From: Marsupella aquatica
Taxonomy: Eukaryota; Plantae; Marchantiophyta
DNA length: 64,000 nt
Assembly: GCA_973895155.1 (NCBI GenBank)
Contig: OZ316893.1
Span: 1,240,860 to 1,304,859, forward strand
Reading direction: 5' to 3'
Shown here: one piece after another, positions 36,546 to 49,165 of the stretch
Layout of the letters: each line of letters begins with the position of its first letter
Numbering within the stretch: position 1 is the first letter of the stretch
Program-made: the position numbers and the translations under genes
The notes under the pieces: generated by a model
The model's database searches: none
Seen by the model: only the letters and a program-made list of their open reading frames with translations
What the model was told of the DNA's origin: nothing

Positions 36546-39500
36546 CCAATTATGTTGTGGATTGATAGTGCCATTGACTGAAAATTCTGTTGATGCACAA
36601 AAACATTAGTTGAGAGGAGTTTGAAAATTAATTTCTTCTACATGACTGACTTTCATTTTGGAAAAAATTGCCTCTTGTTAACCGAAAGAATTGCCTTCAG
36701 TTAGGTTTCAATTGGCTCAATGAAGAAAATCTTCATCCCCAGCCTAATGGCAGCACAATGTAGAGTTTATGAGTTCCCTATCCTTTCCCAATCACACTAC
36801 AAATCTCTACTTTCTCCTCTTCTTTCCCACTTGCCTTGCCAACCTCATGACAGCGTGTCATTCAAAAATGACTGCCTGCACAAAAGAGTGAAGGCAAACA
36901 GCACTCCCAGCACAGGTTCTGGGCAAAGGAAATTCCAACCCTACACATTCTAGATAAAAATTCCACCCAATCAGGATGCAACAAGTGGAAGACAGTCAAC
37001 CCAAGTAACTACACACAAAAGTCATGGCAGTACATCCTAGTGGCAATGTGATTCAAAGTTGTTGAACTTATTAAAAAATAAAGAAATGAAAATAGTTCAT
37101 CATATGTCTGTGTATATATGGTGTGACTTGTCATGAGAAAGACTTGAGAGATGGACCTCAGAAGTGTGCTGAGGTCTTGTAAAGCAGCCCTTAGTCTACA
37201 AAATGATCATTATAGAATCAAAGACTTGTTTCTTAACAATGCATTGCAGTGTACCAACTTTGGGGCAAGGAGGAATGTTGCATGAGAAGTAAATTCACAT
37301 GCATTCTTGATCTAAAAATATATATCACCCTGCTAAAAAACAGAAACCTTAGAAGATTATAGAAAGAATCTGTCTAAAGATAGGTCAGAAATAGCTTAGA
37401 GCATAGAGAAAGGATATCATTCTGTCTATTTGCCATTCCTCACCCTTTCTATAACTTAATGAGTTTCTTGAAGCGTTCTCTGAACTCAAGTCCCATTATT
37501 TATATTTGCCACTGCTCAGCAGTTAGATCAAGGAGGGGAATACAAGGCAATTTGCTTGATGGGACCCCACAATGAATTGCGTTATAGGACCCCCAAAGTT
37601 TTGGGTACATTGATTCAAGGTCAATCAATGGTCTGCATCAATCAGGGGTCCTATCAAGTATCAAGTTTCATTTTAAAGTCCCATCAAGCAAATCACTCCA
37701 GACACTAGGGTTATGGTAATTAGATTAGCGCAAAACTTTTCCAACCATGCGCACTCTGTTGGGAATGAAATAAAAAGTTAAAGTTTTCCAACCATGCGCA
37801 CTCAGTTGGGAAAGAAATTCACTTGGTAAGATGCGTAGAAATAATCTTGCAATACAAATGAACATGAACTTTAACGCAATTGTGCAATTTTGCATTTGAG
37901 AACTTTAGTGCAATTGTGCATTTGGTATCTAAGCATAACCGTGAGACGTGAGCAAGCTTCAGTTCATCACGAATCAGTCGAGGTCGATCCCACTTCAAGG
38001 AAATCTAGAGGAGCTAAGGGCACTACCAGCTTGGCATTAGCCAGAGCAAAATTGCTGTAAAATTGTTGTAACATCTCGCCACCGAAACATTATCTACGTT
38101 CTTACAAGCTTCGAGGATAGACAATTTGCCTTACCTGGGAGACCAGGCAGCACTTAATCAAATCGTGAGGCTGCCTTAACCAGACGATTGAAATGTGCCA
38201 TCTTCAGGCGACAAGCTCACGACTGTGCTTTAAGTTTTAGGCAGGGATCGTCCTTTTTCAGGTGGTCAAACAAGTTGGGTCCAAAATATGTCAATGTGCT
38301 CCTCAGTTTGCATTGGGGTTACTTTAAACTCAATAGACCCGTGCAAGTCCATATGATTCTCTAAACCCCAGCATCCAAGAGGTGAACTTGCCATTTAGGA
38401 ACCACAAGCTAGAACTGAAGAACTGGAGCCAGGAACATTAAGGGCAAGTACCAACTACGGACATGTCAGCGCATCGACTAGATATGCAAAGACACAGTAA
38501 TGACAACAGAAGGATTGAATGACATTTGATAACAAGGTCACCAGACAACCGGTTCTGAAACTGTGAAGATTGCATCCCATGCGAGGAATTAAAATCTGAG
38601 TTGCGTATTCATAGCATACACGACGAAGAATATATATAGTTTCGTTAGGACATGGTCATCTGATCGGCTGATCTTTCTGCTTGACCGCCAATTGGGCAAC
38701 TGTGCGAGATAAGTCTAAGCAATTCATGTGAAAAAACAGATTTACACCCTTGCTATAGGTCTAGGAGATCATGGTTCATACACCATCTTTCCCATGAAAT
38801 TTGTGCTATCATTAGACCGAAAAAGACATAGTTAATTGCATTACTATTGAAGAACATCAGGGGGATAAGATATCTTCTTGCCGGGACGAGCGGCTTAGGA
38901 GAGTGAACTCGGCAGAAGAGTGAAACAGCCGTAGATAATCATTTCCGTGTCCTCTTAAAATCAGATTTTCCATCGCTATGAAAAAAAGCAGATCCAGTTT
39001 CCTTACCTCGATGACTGAAGCCACCAGAACCCTCCCACACGTCAAGCCACCGAACTAAATTGTCCAACAAGTGGCATCAACAACTCAAAGCTTGCTTTCT
39101 CTTCTTACAATCTCTCTGTCATTGATCTCTTATTGCAAAAACTGACCAAGGTGTTTCACAACCCTTGACATAAGTTATGATAAAAACAAAACTGAGTGAG
39201 CTAGAGACTACTCTATACACAAATCTTCCTTGTCAATTTATGGGATGAGGTTATTGAGCCTTCCAAGCTCCTTCTCGGCCAGAGGCACTCAAGTAGGTGG
39301 ATAGTGTTCCTGTTACACGACGTGATCAGAGATTTCCAAATAGTCTCCTTCCAGATTGACCTTCCACCTGGAAGAATATCAACCTCTTCAAATGACAAAG
39401 CCAGTGACGTGAGTGGAGGACTTGACTAAACCCTACGGTCCCCGTTAGCGAACTGTCACGAGAGTGAAACAAAGTGCTGTGGTAGACCTACCCATTCATT

Positions 39501-39738
39501 GGGACATGTAAGTGGGTAAGCCAAACGACGGGACACATCAGACTGTCAAAGCACATTACTGAGTACGAGCTGGTAAACTATATCTACGAGGAAACATACT
39601 TGACAGAGCTGGGGAACTTTGACCGGAGCTACCATAGCACTTTGGCTCGTTCAAGTGATGATGAGATGCCAGGACGAGTACAAAGAGAGCAAAATAAGAA
39701 AGGAATATACGTTTCTACCGTCGGGAACCTTTATTCTT

Positions 39739-42700
39739 TCAATAATTTCGTTGCTGGCCTCCAGATGGATGACCTCTGTGGCCATTAAAACTACCTCTGG
39801 CCATTCCTACAGGACCTTGGTTATGATTATTTTGTAACATATACGGGGCATAATGATCCTGTGAAATCGCACCACTACCAAGCACAGGAGGCGGGCCCAT
39901 AAAAGTGGTCAGGGAGGGATGAACTATGGGCTGTGCATCTCCTAGGCTACGATGTACTGGTACTCCAAAATTCATTTGTCCTACATGCACGACATTACTG
40001 TAACCTTGGCTATGGATCATGTTCATTTGACCTTGTCCCTGATTGTTAAAATACGAGTTAGGGGGTACGTGGGGATTGCTAAAGGCCATTGAATTTTGCA
40101 CGAACTGGGGACCCCCCGGGACAGAGTAAACGTTTCCCTGTCTAGGTACGCCAAGGGGAGCATCATAGCCGTTTCCCTGTCTAGGTACGCCAAGGGGAGC
40201 ATCATAGCCAGGGACCTGTTGATACCCGAAGACTTGGAAGCCTGGGGTTGGTTGCTGTGTAGGGAATCCTTGCCCTCGCAGGTGAGCAGGCATTGCTCCG
40301 ACATTGAAAGAGACGCCTTGCATACCACCGGCTTGATTTATTTGTTGAGCAAGCAGTTGATTGCTAGCTTGTTCGGTAACATAAACCGCATCTCTCCTTT
40401 GTGGAGATTGTTGATGCTGAGGAGCACTCATTTGTCCATCTGCTGGACCTCCTCGAGAACCCCTTGTCTGGAATTCTTGATGGCCTGGATTCCGTGGGGA
40501 GTTCTGCCATCCTCGGTTCCCCCATCGTCCACTCTGTTGTCTATTTCCGGGCCGTTGTGAATGCCAAGGAGAAACTTGAAGGTCCATGCCTGCTACAAAG
40601 TCTGCAGCAGAATCCACTGCATTTGCCTGAAAGGATAACAAGCAAACAGGGTCAAAAGATGAACAATTAGAGAAACACATTGCAATAGGTTCAAACCAGA
40701 ACTCTCAGTAAGTCTTCTCCAACAATTCCCAATGACAACATGGGTAATTTGCTATTCACGGCTTCTTCTCACTTGCAGTTTGGGAACCATTTCTGGGACT
40801 GCATATATATCTGGGTTACAAGATGATCTGGTCATAGTGCTGCTAATTTGTCGGAACATCTGCGAAGACAGATCTCTCTTAGTGCTGCTTGCAATCCACT
40901 TGTCTTCAGTGGGCCTTTGAAAAGTATTGAAGGGTTTTTTTTCTTTTTTTCTTTTTTTTTGGGGGGGGGGCGCTGTGAAAACGTTGCTCCGCTTAGATAT
41001 TGGATACCCCAAAATTCTCTTTCACACGCGAAAGATTCTGGGCGATAAACAAACTATGTTCACCACAAGTTGTAAACAATTGAAAACAAAAAAATTCGTG
41101 CAAATATTCCCCAAAAGTAGCAGCCATAATCCATTGCTCACCGTAGTAGCGCCCCTCCCTCCACTACGGCCGCGTCCTCTGCCCCTCTCGATTCGCTGCC
41201 CCTTTGAATGCTGGCCCTCTGGTGATTTAAAATCTTGACCTTGCCTGTTCTCCCGATTGTCCAGTATCCTTTTGCTCTTTTCTCTCATCCTCGCTGCAGA
41301 CTCTTTTTCATCATCCGAAAATTCAAGGTCTTCATCAGATGCCAGTTCTTCATCATCAAGACCAGAAGCATCGACAGCTCTCTTGTAAAGATTGGGGTTG
41401 TCCTTAAGTATAAACTCCGAAAATTCACTCACGTACGACACATCTGCTCCTGCCTTTGCATTTTCTGGTATCTCCGAGACCTCATTGAACCGAACAAGAT
41501 AAAATGGGTTCTTCACAGGGCCAAATACCTCGTCCACGATGCCCAGTGGAACTCTGGATTCCGTTAGCCACAAAATAGAATTTTCGTTGAGAACTCTCTC
41601 TGTCCCTGATGACTCAACAATTACCGTTAGGTCCAGTACCTGCTTCACAAAAGGAAAATCACTTGGTCAACATCGAACCTGGAATCCAAAGAATATGACG
41701 ATGACCACCATTGAAAGGTGAGACACGTGTAAGAAGACAACGGAAAGATTCAAACAATCAATCCTAGGTTCTTCAATAAAACCCTTATGTTGGGTGGCAG
41801 AAACTTACCGAGGAAATAATGCCCACTGACTGTGTCTTGTGTTGAGGTTCAAGGACTGCGGTCACCTTGGGTACAGTAGGTAAGACCTGTACGTAGAAGA
41901 AAGTATGTTCAACTTTGCATGTCACCCACATATCAGAATAACATAAATTGAGTCGAATGGTTCATATTCCTGATTTTGAACCCCAACGACATCTGCTACC
42001 ACGGCAAGTTTATTGTAAAGAACGGGACCTGTCCTCTACCCGAGTTTCTGCCTATGAAATTTGCAATTGATGAATCCGCTCTTTCATGGTCTACTTTAGG
42101 TCAATTTGCCCATTTCCTCCATTTGCACAGATTTGATTACAAAAAATAGTTCATCCTGACACAAGAGACTCCTCATCTTAATAATATGCATGTCTCATTT
42201 TTTGCTTATTTGTTAAATTTCTGTAGGACAGTTTCCGGACCTGTCATTGCTGCTATGTGCGACTCATTCGAATCCTAACACAGCCATGAAACCTATTAAG
42301 GACGCCCTTCCTCGCGTCCGAAAACATCAGAAACTCCCTAGCGCGTGGCTCAGCTTACCACAAATTTCGTTTCTCTTGCTACTAAATTTGGCAAGGAAAC
42401 AAAGGGCAAGGCAGATCAAGCACGAGGTAGAGAAACTTACATCAAGCTCGTGCTTCGTTCGTGGTGGTCCCGTTTCTTCAGAGTCTTCTTTGCGCGGTGT
42501 TTTGGCTTTACTCTTGGTCTCCTTCGCATCTTCTTCCTCCGACTCTCCACTGGAAGATACCTCGTCTGATTTCTCATCCTCTTCATCATCTGAACTATCA
42601 TCACTTTCCTCGTCGCTCTCACTCTCGTCGCTCATGAAGACGAACCCTTTACTAGCAAGACCTTCCGCTGAAAGGCTCCCGTCCAGCAACATTTCTGAAA

Positions 42701-42743
42701 TAAACCCAGGAGCGATTTTTGGTGACTCCGGGATGTCTGCCAT
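39739..42743 (-). CDS. NAF1: H/ACA RNP assembly factor NAF1; exons 42743-42441, 41886-41809, 41639-41142, 40626-39739
   Basis: Acidic N-terminus, GPPRTKHELD-VLPTVP, Gar1/Naf1 domain LNENSILW..PLGIVDEVFGPVKNPFYLVRFN, DASGLDDEEL..EFSDDEKE, RG-rich segment and Q/P/G-rich tail; GT-AG joins in frame. Confidence 0.9.
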
Positions 42744-42774
42744 TGTACGTGCCCGGCCGGAAATTGATTTTCTC

Positions 42775-42886
42775 TTGAGAACCCAAATCCCAAACGAACT
42801 TGTGATCAGAATTGCTCTCCTGAGAACCCAAATCCCAAACGAACTTGTGATCAGAATTGCTCTCCTGAGAACCCAATTCCCAAACC
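42775..42886. repeat. 45-bp tandem repeat (about 2.5 copies) upstream of the NAF1 ATG
   Basis: tgagaacccaaatcccaaacgaacttgtgatcagaattgctctcc at 42776 and 42821, partial at 42866. Confidence 0.9.
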
Positions 42887-42930
42887 CTGACAAGCAGCGA
42901 CGACCTCTCGCGAAGCGGAACCGTGTTCAA

Positions 42931-42970
42931 GGTTTCGGGTTCAGGGTTTTAGGTTTCGGTTTCAGGGTTT
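42931..42970 (-). promoter_or_regulatory. Telo-box-like cluster near the NAF1 5' end
   Basis: ggtttcgggttcagggttttaggtttcggtttcagggttt reads as AAACCCT-like repeats on the minus strand; such motifs are known near plant ribosome-biogenesis genes. Confidence 0.5.
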
Positions 42971-43009
42971 CTCTTTCTCGTCTCCATAGGTTTGTGGTTT
43001 ATGACGAAG

Positions 43010-43490
43010 AAAGCTTTCCTGATACAAGCGCTCGAAATTGAAGCTCGGATGTACCTACACGTTTGCCAAATGGTTCCGATGTATTTTCTTTCCACATGAT
43101 ACATATTTGAAGCCCAGATGGACCTCCACGTTTGCCAAAGTATACTTCCTCCTCAGAAGATGCATATTACACTCAAAAATTAGTTCAGTAACCCCTTGGT
43201 TATATAGTTGGAGCAATGAAGTAACCAAAAGCTTTTCTGATACAAGTGCTCAAAGTTGAAGCCTGGATGTGCCTCTTTGTTTGCCAAATCGCTCGGATGA
43301 ATTTTTCTTCACCCGGATGTACCTCCACGCTTGCCTAATGGTTCCCACATATTTTTCTTCTCACATGGTGCAAATTTGAAGCCGAGATGGACCTCCACTT
43401 TGCCAAAGCGCATAGGTATGTTTTCCTCATCAGATGTTGCATATTACATTACATGCAAGAATTAGTTTGAGTACCCCTTGGTTATTTAAG
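43010..43490. repeat. ~220-280-bp diverged duplication with internal subrepeats
   Basis: aaagctttcctgatacaagcgctcgaaattgaagc versus aaagcttttctgatacaagtgctcaaagttgaagc; gatggacctccac recurs. Confidence 0.7.
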
Positions 43491-44597
43491 TTTGATGTTA
43501 TTCAATAACTAAGTTAGAGCACATGCAGAGTTGCATATTGGAATAGCTTTGAATACGGAGATGAATGGAAAAAGGTAGGTTTTTCATGGTAGCAGGCCAC
43601 ACACAAGGTTCCCTTGGTACTCATATGTCCATAGAGGCGATGCAAAATTTGTTATAGAAGCTGAAGGGTTTCTTACATTCATTTTGGTATTCTTTTATCT
43701 ATAGTAGTTGAAGTGTTTCTTATGTTTCCTTGGTGTTCTTTTGTCCATAGTAGCCAAAGGGTTTATGACGTTACCTTAGTAAATGTTACAGTAGTTGAAG
43801 AATTTCTTTCTACCCATGGTTATTCCCAAAATTATTAATTAAATGGAAAACTCATATAATCTACGAAAAACATTGATATATCAATCACAATCCATCCAAA
43901 GGTTTATTTTCTTTTCACCCATTTCTTTGTTTATTTGAAAAGTTGACGTTTAGTTTTCATTGTTTGTACAATTACAAGGTCTAATTGTTTTTTTACTTGT
44001 CTCAAACACAAATGGTCTTGTTTGTTACTTTTTGTATAAAAAAATCCTTCTTGTTTGTGACCAATTGCTGATGTGGCAGCACATGCTTGGAGGGATTTTC
44101 GAAGGAGCTTCCCTAGGGGTCCGTAATGTAAAGGCTGTACTTTTCTGTTCACATATATATACTACACTAAAAAATTAGTTCAAGAACCCCTTGGTTATAT
44201 AAGTTTGGAGTTATACAGCTAATTGGAGCAATGAAGAGTTACCCTTATTATCTTTTCTTTGGTCCTTTGAAATATTACAGTTTTCCATTGTTTTTATAAT
44301 TAAGGGGTCTAATTGTTTTTTATTGTCTTGTCTGAAACACAAATTGACATTTTTGAATCTTCTTGCATAATTACCTTTCTTGTTTGCTACCAAGAGTGCT
44401 CATGCAGCTACTTGAGCTTCCCATGGGGATCCGTAACTAATTTATGAACCACATTGATGTATTTTTACTGCTTGCCAATACATGTTCGTTTACTTCTGTA
44501 TTTTTCATTTAAACATAAAGCATTTAAAACCCTACCAAATCATCTCACTCCTAGACGCTAATTCATTCAGTCAATGAACACACCAAATTTCAATATT

Positions 44598-45182
44598 TTT
44601 TAATTTTTTTTAATTTTTTTTTTAACTTTATTCCAAGGAGAACCCAGAGGAAAAACAAAGCCTGCCTGGGAGGAGAAGGCAGGAAGGAACAAGAGCAATT
44701 AAGGGGGCAATGAAAGGAGCACACCCAGTGAAGGTGAAGGGCGACCTCCCCCCCCAACCGCCAGTAGGGAGGAGGCAGAAGAGAGAGGGAGGGAGGACCC
44801 CAAGGAGGATAGAATGCTATCCTAAGAGAGTAGCCAAAGAAGTAAACATCGGCTAGAAAACCTTCACGAGAACTGAAATGGACTTGCCATCCCCATCCAC
44901 CACAGCCGGCCAGACAGCTTGTACCCGTCGATATTCCGATGTGTACTCCACCACAGCCGGCCAGACAGCATGTACCCGTCGATATACCAATGTGTACTCC
45001 ACCACAGCCGGTGGAGCAGACAGCTTATACCGGTCGATACTCCAATGAATATGCCCTAGGAAGCCAACATGTGTACCCGTCGAGACTCCAATGTAAACTC
45101 CCTAGGAAGCCAAGATGTGTACTGAATGGCATATCAATTACTTGAATCGCCTTGAAGAGGGAGGAGGATAATAATATGCGGT
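44598..45182 (-). mobile_element. Retroposed insert (5'-truncated LINE 3' end or SINE-like) with poly(A) tail and 17-bp TSD
   Basis: CACCAAATTTCAATATT at 44581-44597 and 45183-45199; plus-strand T tract 44598-44623 followed by TTTATT (AATAAA on minus); internal ~51-bp repeats. Confidence 0.85.
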
Positions 45183-47599
45183 CACCAAATTTCAATATTA
45201 GCACCCTAAATTCAACAAAAGCTAAAAAATGAGAATAATAGTTAGTGGCTAAAGCTCAACTAACCCTAAACTTGCAACCTCACATTTCTTTCTCCCTCAC
45301 ATTTCTTTCTCCCTCTTACCTACATCGAACTCCCACCCATTTTTTTCTCCCAATCCCAACTCCCTTTATTCTTTTTTTCTTTCTCTTCAACCCCTTTCAT
45401 GTGATTAGACTGATGAGGATCATCAAAAACTTTTCAGATTTCCATTTTTCTTCATATTTTTTAGTAAGCAGGTCCCCAAGGTAGGCAGCAACTTAAAAAA
45501 GTTCAGCCAAAATGGACTTGAGACAACAAATTATGGCTAACAAAATCTTTCAATGCATCTGAGGATGCTGACCTACCAGCACAGAAATAACATCATGAAA
45601 TTGCCAAAAGAATAATTGAACAACTTACCGTTGGTTTAAAAGGCACATTGTCACCAGCAATTATGAACATCTTATTTTATCCAATGATCTACCAAATTCG
45701 ATAGCGTGCAACTCTTTGTGTGACCATTGTGCATCACCGTCCACCTCTTTGTTAGTCAATGATTGATCAAATGCATCAATCAACCAGATCTAATGGCTAG
45801 AGTTACTTGTTGTTGTTGTTGTTGTTGTAAACAAAACTAATACAAAGAAATTATTTATTCAAATTAAAAAAGTAAATAAAATGGCTACAATTGGCACCTT
45901 TTGCCCATAATCTTTGTCAAAATTTGCCATCTTTCCTCGTTCGGTGGGTCAAATTGTTTTCTTTGGCATCACCACAACACAGATGATCATCTCTGCTTCT
46001 TGCCACATATATCACCATTGATGTTTGTAGCAGAAACAGTTAAACCAAGAATTCTGTGAGAACTTGGCATTGGGGTCTGTAAATACAACTTAGTCAATAT
46101 CTTTATTTTGTGTATATATTGTTCATATGATGTTTGAAGCTATATATTTGGCAAGACACTAGGATGAGAGAGTAACAAGAGTCAAAATAACTTCTATGGA
46201 GTCAAGAAGTGTCAGTAATGATTTTGTAAACAAATTAAATATTTTGGTATGTTCATTACAAGACCCTTGAGGCTTGACTTCTGGCTATGAAAAGAAGTTC
46301 TGAAGTCATTGCATGTAAATAGAAAAATCCTCAACGATACAAAAGTCCAACTCAAACTTACAAGTCGCACCCAAACATTCACACCACATTGAAATAACAT
46401 TTATAATAACATAACAACAAGCTTATTCTAGCAGTGGGAGAAGACAAGACAGTTTTGTGCAAACAACAGCAATAGTAGCTCTAAAGAAGAAACTTGGAAT
46501 TCACCATGTTGTTCTGTGAAGCATGGTGGTAACTACGCTTTGTGCCTGCTGCCTAGACCCTAATATCCCCAACTTGGGCCCACTATATATTTGACTTGTT
46601 ATTGCTCAATCCGTGAAGTGTTCATTTTGAGGGAAAAACCAGAAATGTTGGAATGTGCATATCACATGCTTAGTCTCTCATGTTAGACATTTACTCCTAG
46701 GTCTAGATTTCTTATGTAACCATAGTTATTCTAACCATAGTGAGGTGCTTGGCTAAGGGTAGATGTGCTAATATTGTGTTCAATAGGAGTTAGTTAGTGG
46801 AACTTAGGCTCATTGTTATAGAGCAAATTGGGGGATAGGAAGTCAGAGCATAGTCTATGGAAACTTGGTATGGCCAACAAGCTTAGAATTCAGTGACTTC
46901 CCATGGATGTAAATTATGGTGAGGTGAAAAATGTATCTTCTATGTTGACTGTTTGTGTGTTTGTTGGATATTGTATGTGCATGTTGTCTATGAGCTGCGG
47001 CCGTTTGCTGAACATTTTCAACCTAATACTCTAGTCAACAAGCACGGCCAGCTCATGTATCCCTAGATACAAATGAACTTGGGCTGAGACAAATTACTTT
47101 GTTTTGGAATAGCTAGGTAAGAAAGGGACAGGAGAGACATAGACTGGACAATTTTCTGATGGCCGGAGTATATCGCACTAATGCCCTATCACTGCACAGT
47201 TTGGATGTTGGGTTACTCAGGTAACCAATGAATTGAGTTAATTTTGATGATGTCGATCAATCTCAACTATTTGTTGCAAACCCTTCGTTGTATGCAGAAA
47301 TTTTACATCCATTAATGTTTTAGCTCAAGTGAACCCTAAGCTAGGGGGGGTCCACGATCATAAGTCACATTAAAGGCTAGTAAAATCATCTTTAACAACC
47401 TATACCATTGTGAAAAAATAACTGCCATTTCTTTATGGCCAAAAACCATCACTTGAAGCATGAAGAGTTAAGACTAGAAGAGCCAGACAGACTAGTAAAC
47501 CTTTCCAGAAATGTCCGGGGTGGTTATTTACTCTCTGGTTTACTCCCATCTGTTGGTTGCTGGTCTTCTCATTACTTTAATTTTTTTAATGAAAAGTGA

Positions 47600-47750
47600 C
47601 AGTGCGCACAATCATTTTCAAATAAACATCATGGCAAAGATCAGCAGGGCAAAGAGAAAACAAACCCAAGGGCCAAGGCATACATCAACCAAGCATCATA
47701 ACACCAAAAACATCACACGTGGCCAAGAACACCAAGAAAACAGCCTAATG
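47600..47750 (-). repeat. Dispersed repeat, inverted homolog of 59810-59960
   Basis: ggcaaagagaaaacaaacccaagggccaa matches the reverse complement of ttggccctttgggtctgttttctctttgcc. Confidence 0.6.
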
Positions 47751-48617
47751 CCAGGATGGGATCAAGGTCAAGAGTTGCCTGGTCTTTATGCAGAGTTGTT
47801 TTTTATTTTGCTTTGTTTCATCTCAGATATTTTTTTAAACCCTAATTAAAGGAACATGAACTAAGCTCCACAAAGCATGGACATTGGGTTGCTGGACTTG
47901 TGGGGAGAGCCCTGGGGAGCAAAGCATTATTTTCAGAGAAAGCTATCAAATTACCCCAACCATTTGCCAGCTTTCCCAAAATATCCCTAAAGTTTACAAA
48001 CTATATAATACCGCTCCTCATCCTCTAGAATGCAAATGTTCCTTATGCCACCACTCTTGTCATCAACCTTTAGACTAATAACATAACTCATGTGCTATGC
48101 AATGCACAATAAAATTATGTAGCTTATGATCTGTTGAAGTCTCCACAAAAGCCATGGCCACTATGAGAGGAGGCACACAGGGAGGCACAGATTAAATGGT
48201 ATTAGAATAATTTGTGATTTGTAGTCTTCCCACTATAAAATAAGGGGATGAGACTATTAGCAATGCTGGTTGCTATGTTTTTCATGACACAAATGTTTAA
48301 TTAGGGTTCAATCGAGTTAAAAAACTAATTCATGTTTTACACAATACAATGGAACAAATAATGCATTTGTTGTGTACATTAAATTGTTCACTAAAATCCT
48401 AAGCAAAATTGTATTTATATCAAAAATGGTGTGCTGGTGTTACTTTTTATGAGCCTATCAGGTGGCAAGGAATTTGCGTTTGCCTTCTTATTTGCATCAA
48501 AATTTCAGCTAGCAAATCAACACGCAGAATAGAAAAGGCAAGAGACAAGCTGTAGAATTTCTAAAGCTATCAGCCTTGTATTTGTATCAAAAGTTTAGCT
48601 AGGAAATTCAACCTAAA

Positions 48618-48959
48618 TGTTGAGCATAGACGACATTCATAACAACAAGCCCATGAACCATCCAATGCACAAGAGTCGACACAGAGAGATACGTGGTTCA
48701 CCTCCACATGAGACTACATCCACGGGAACACAAGAGCTTTACTGCACTCTAGGCCGACCGGCTATACCAAGCATCCACAGCACAAGCTCTCCCTATCTCT
48801 CAACTAGCTCCGTAACAATGAGCCTAAGTTCCACCAGGGTCTGGCATCAGCCCTGGCTATATGCATAATAGCACTACCACTAACATTAGCTAAGTCCTAA
48901 CCGGAGTTAGACTAACTATGGTTAGCTCATGAGTCACAAGACTAGAGCAATATCTAACA
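48618..48959 (-). repeat. Complete 342-bp 3' LTR of the copia element
   Basis: TGTTGAG...CTAACA termini, followed on plus by aactccccctt (PPT reverse complement). Confidence 0.9.
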
Positions 48960-49165
48960 AACTCCCCCTTGACTCTTGTTTTGGGGACTGAACTAAATGC
49001 TACCATATGGAATCCTCAGCGGGAAGTTCTAGCAATCACCAAACCAGGTCTCCCCCTAAAAACCACAAGGATTAACTAAGGGTTAACTAGAACTAAGCCG
49101 TAGCCAAACAAGAATGAGTAATCCATATACAAATAGTCACACATTGCTAAATAACTCTACTTGCA

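Noticed and set aside
38125-38145. U1 snRNA-like TTACCTGG
   Set aside because: No U1 body follows; better read as the reverse complement of a splice donor
42931-42970. Interstitial telomere
   Set aside because: Only ~40 bp and degenerate; a promoter telo-box-like cluster is more parsimonious
42247-43041. 264-aa plus-strand ORF and other long antisense ORFs (2704-3288, 5855-6451, 11152-11694, 32224-32724, 40096-40560)
   Set aside because: Shadows of real exons or repeats on the opposite strand, with no independent motifs
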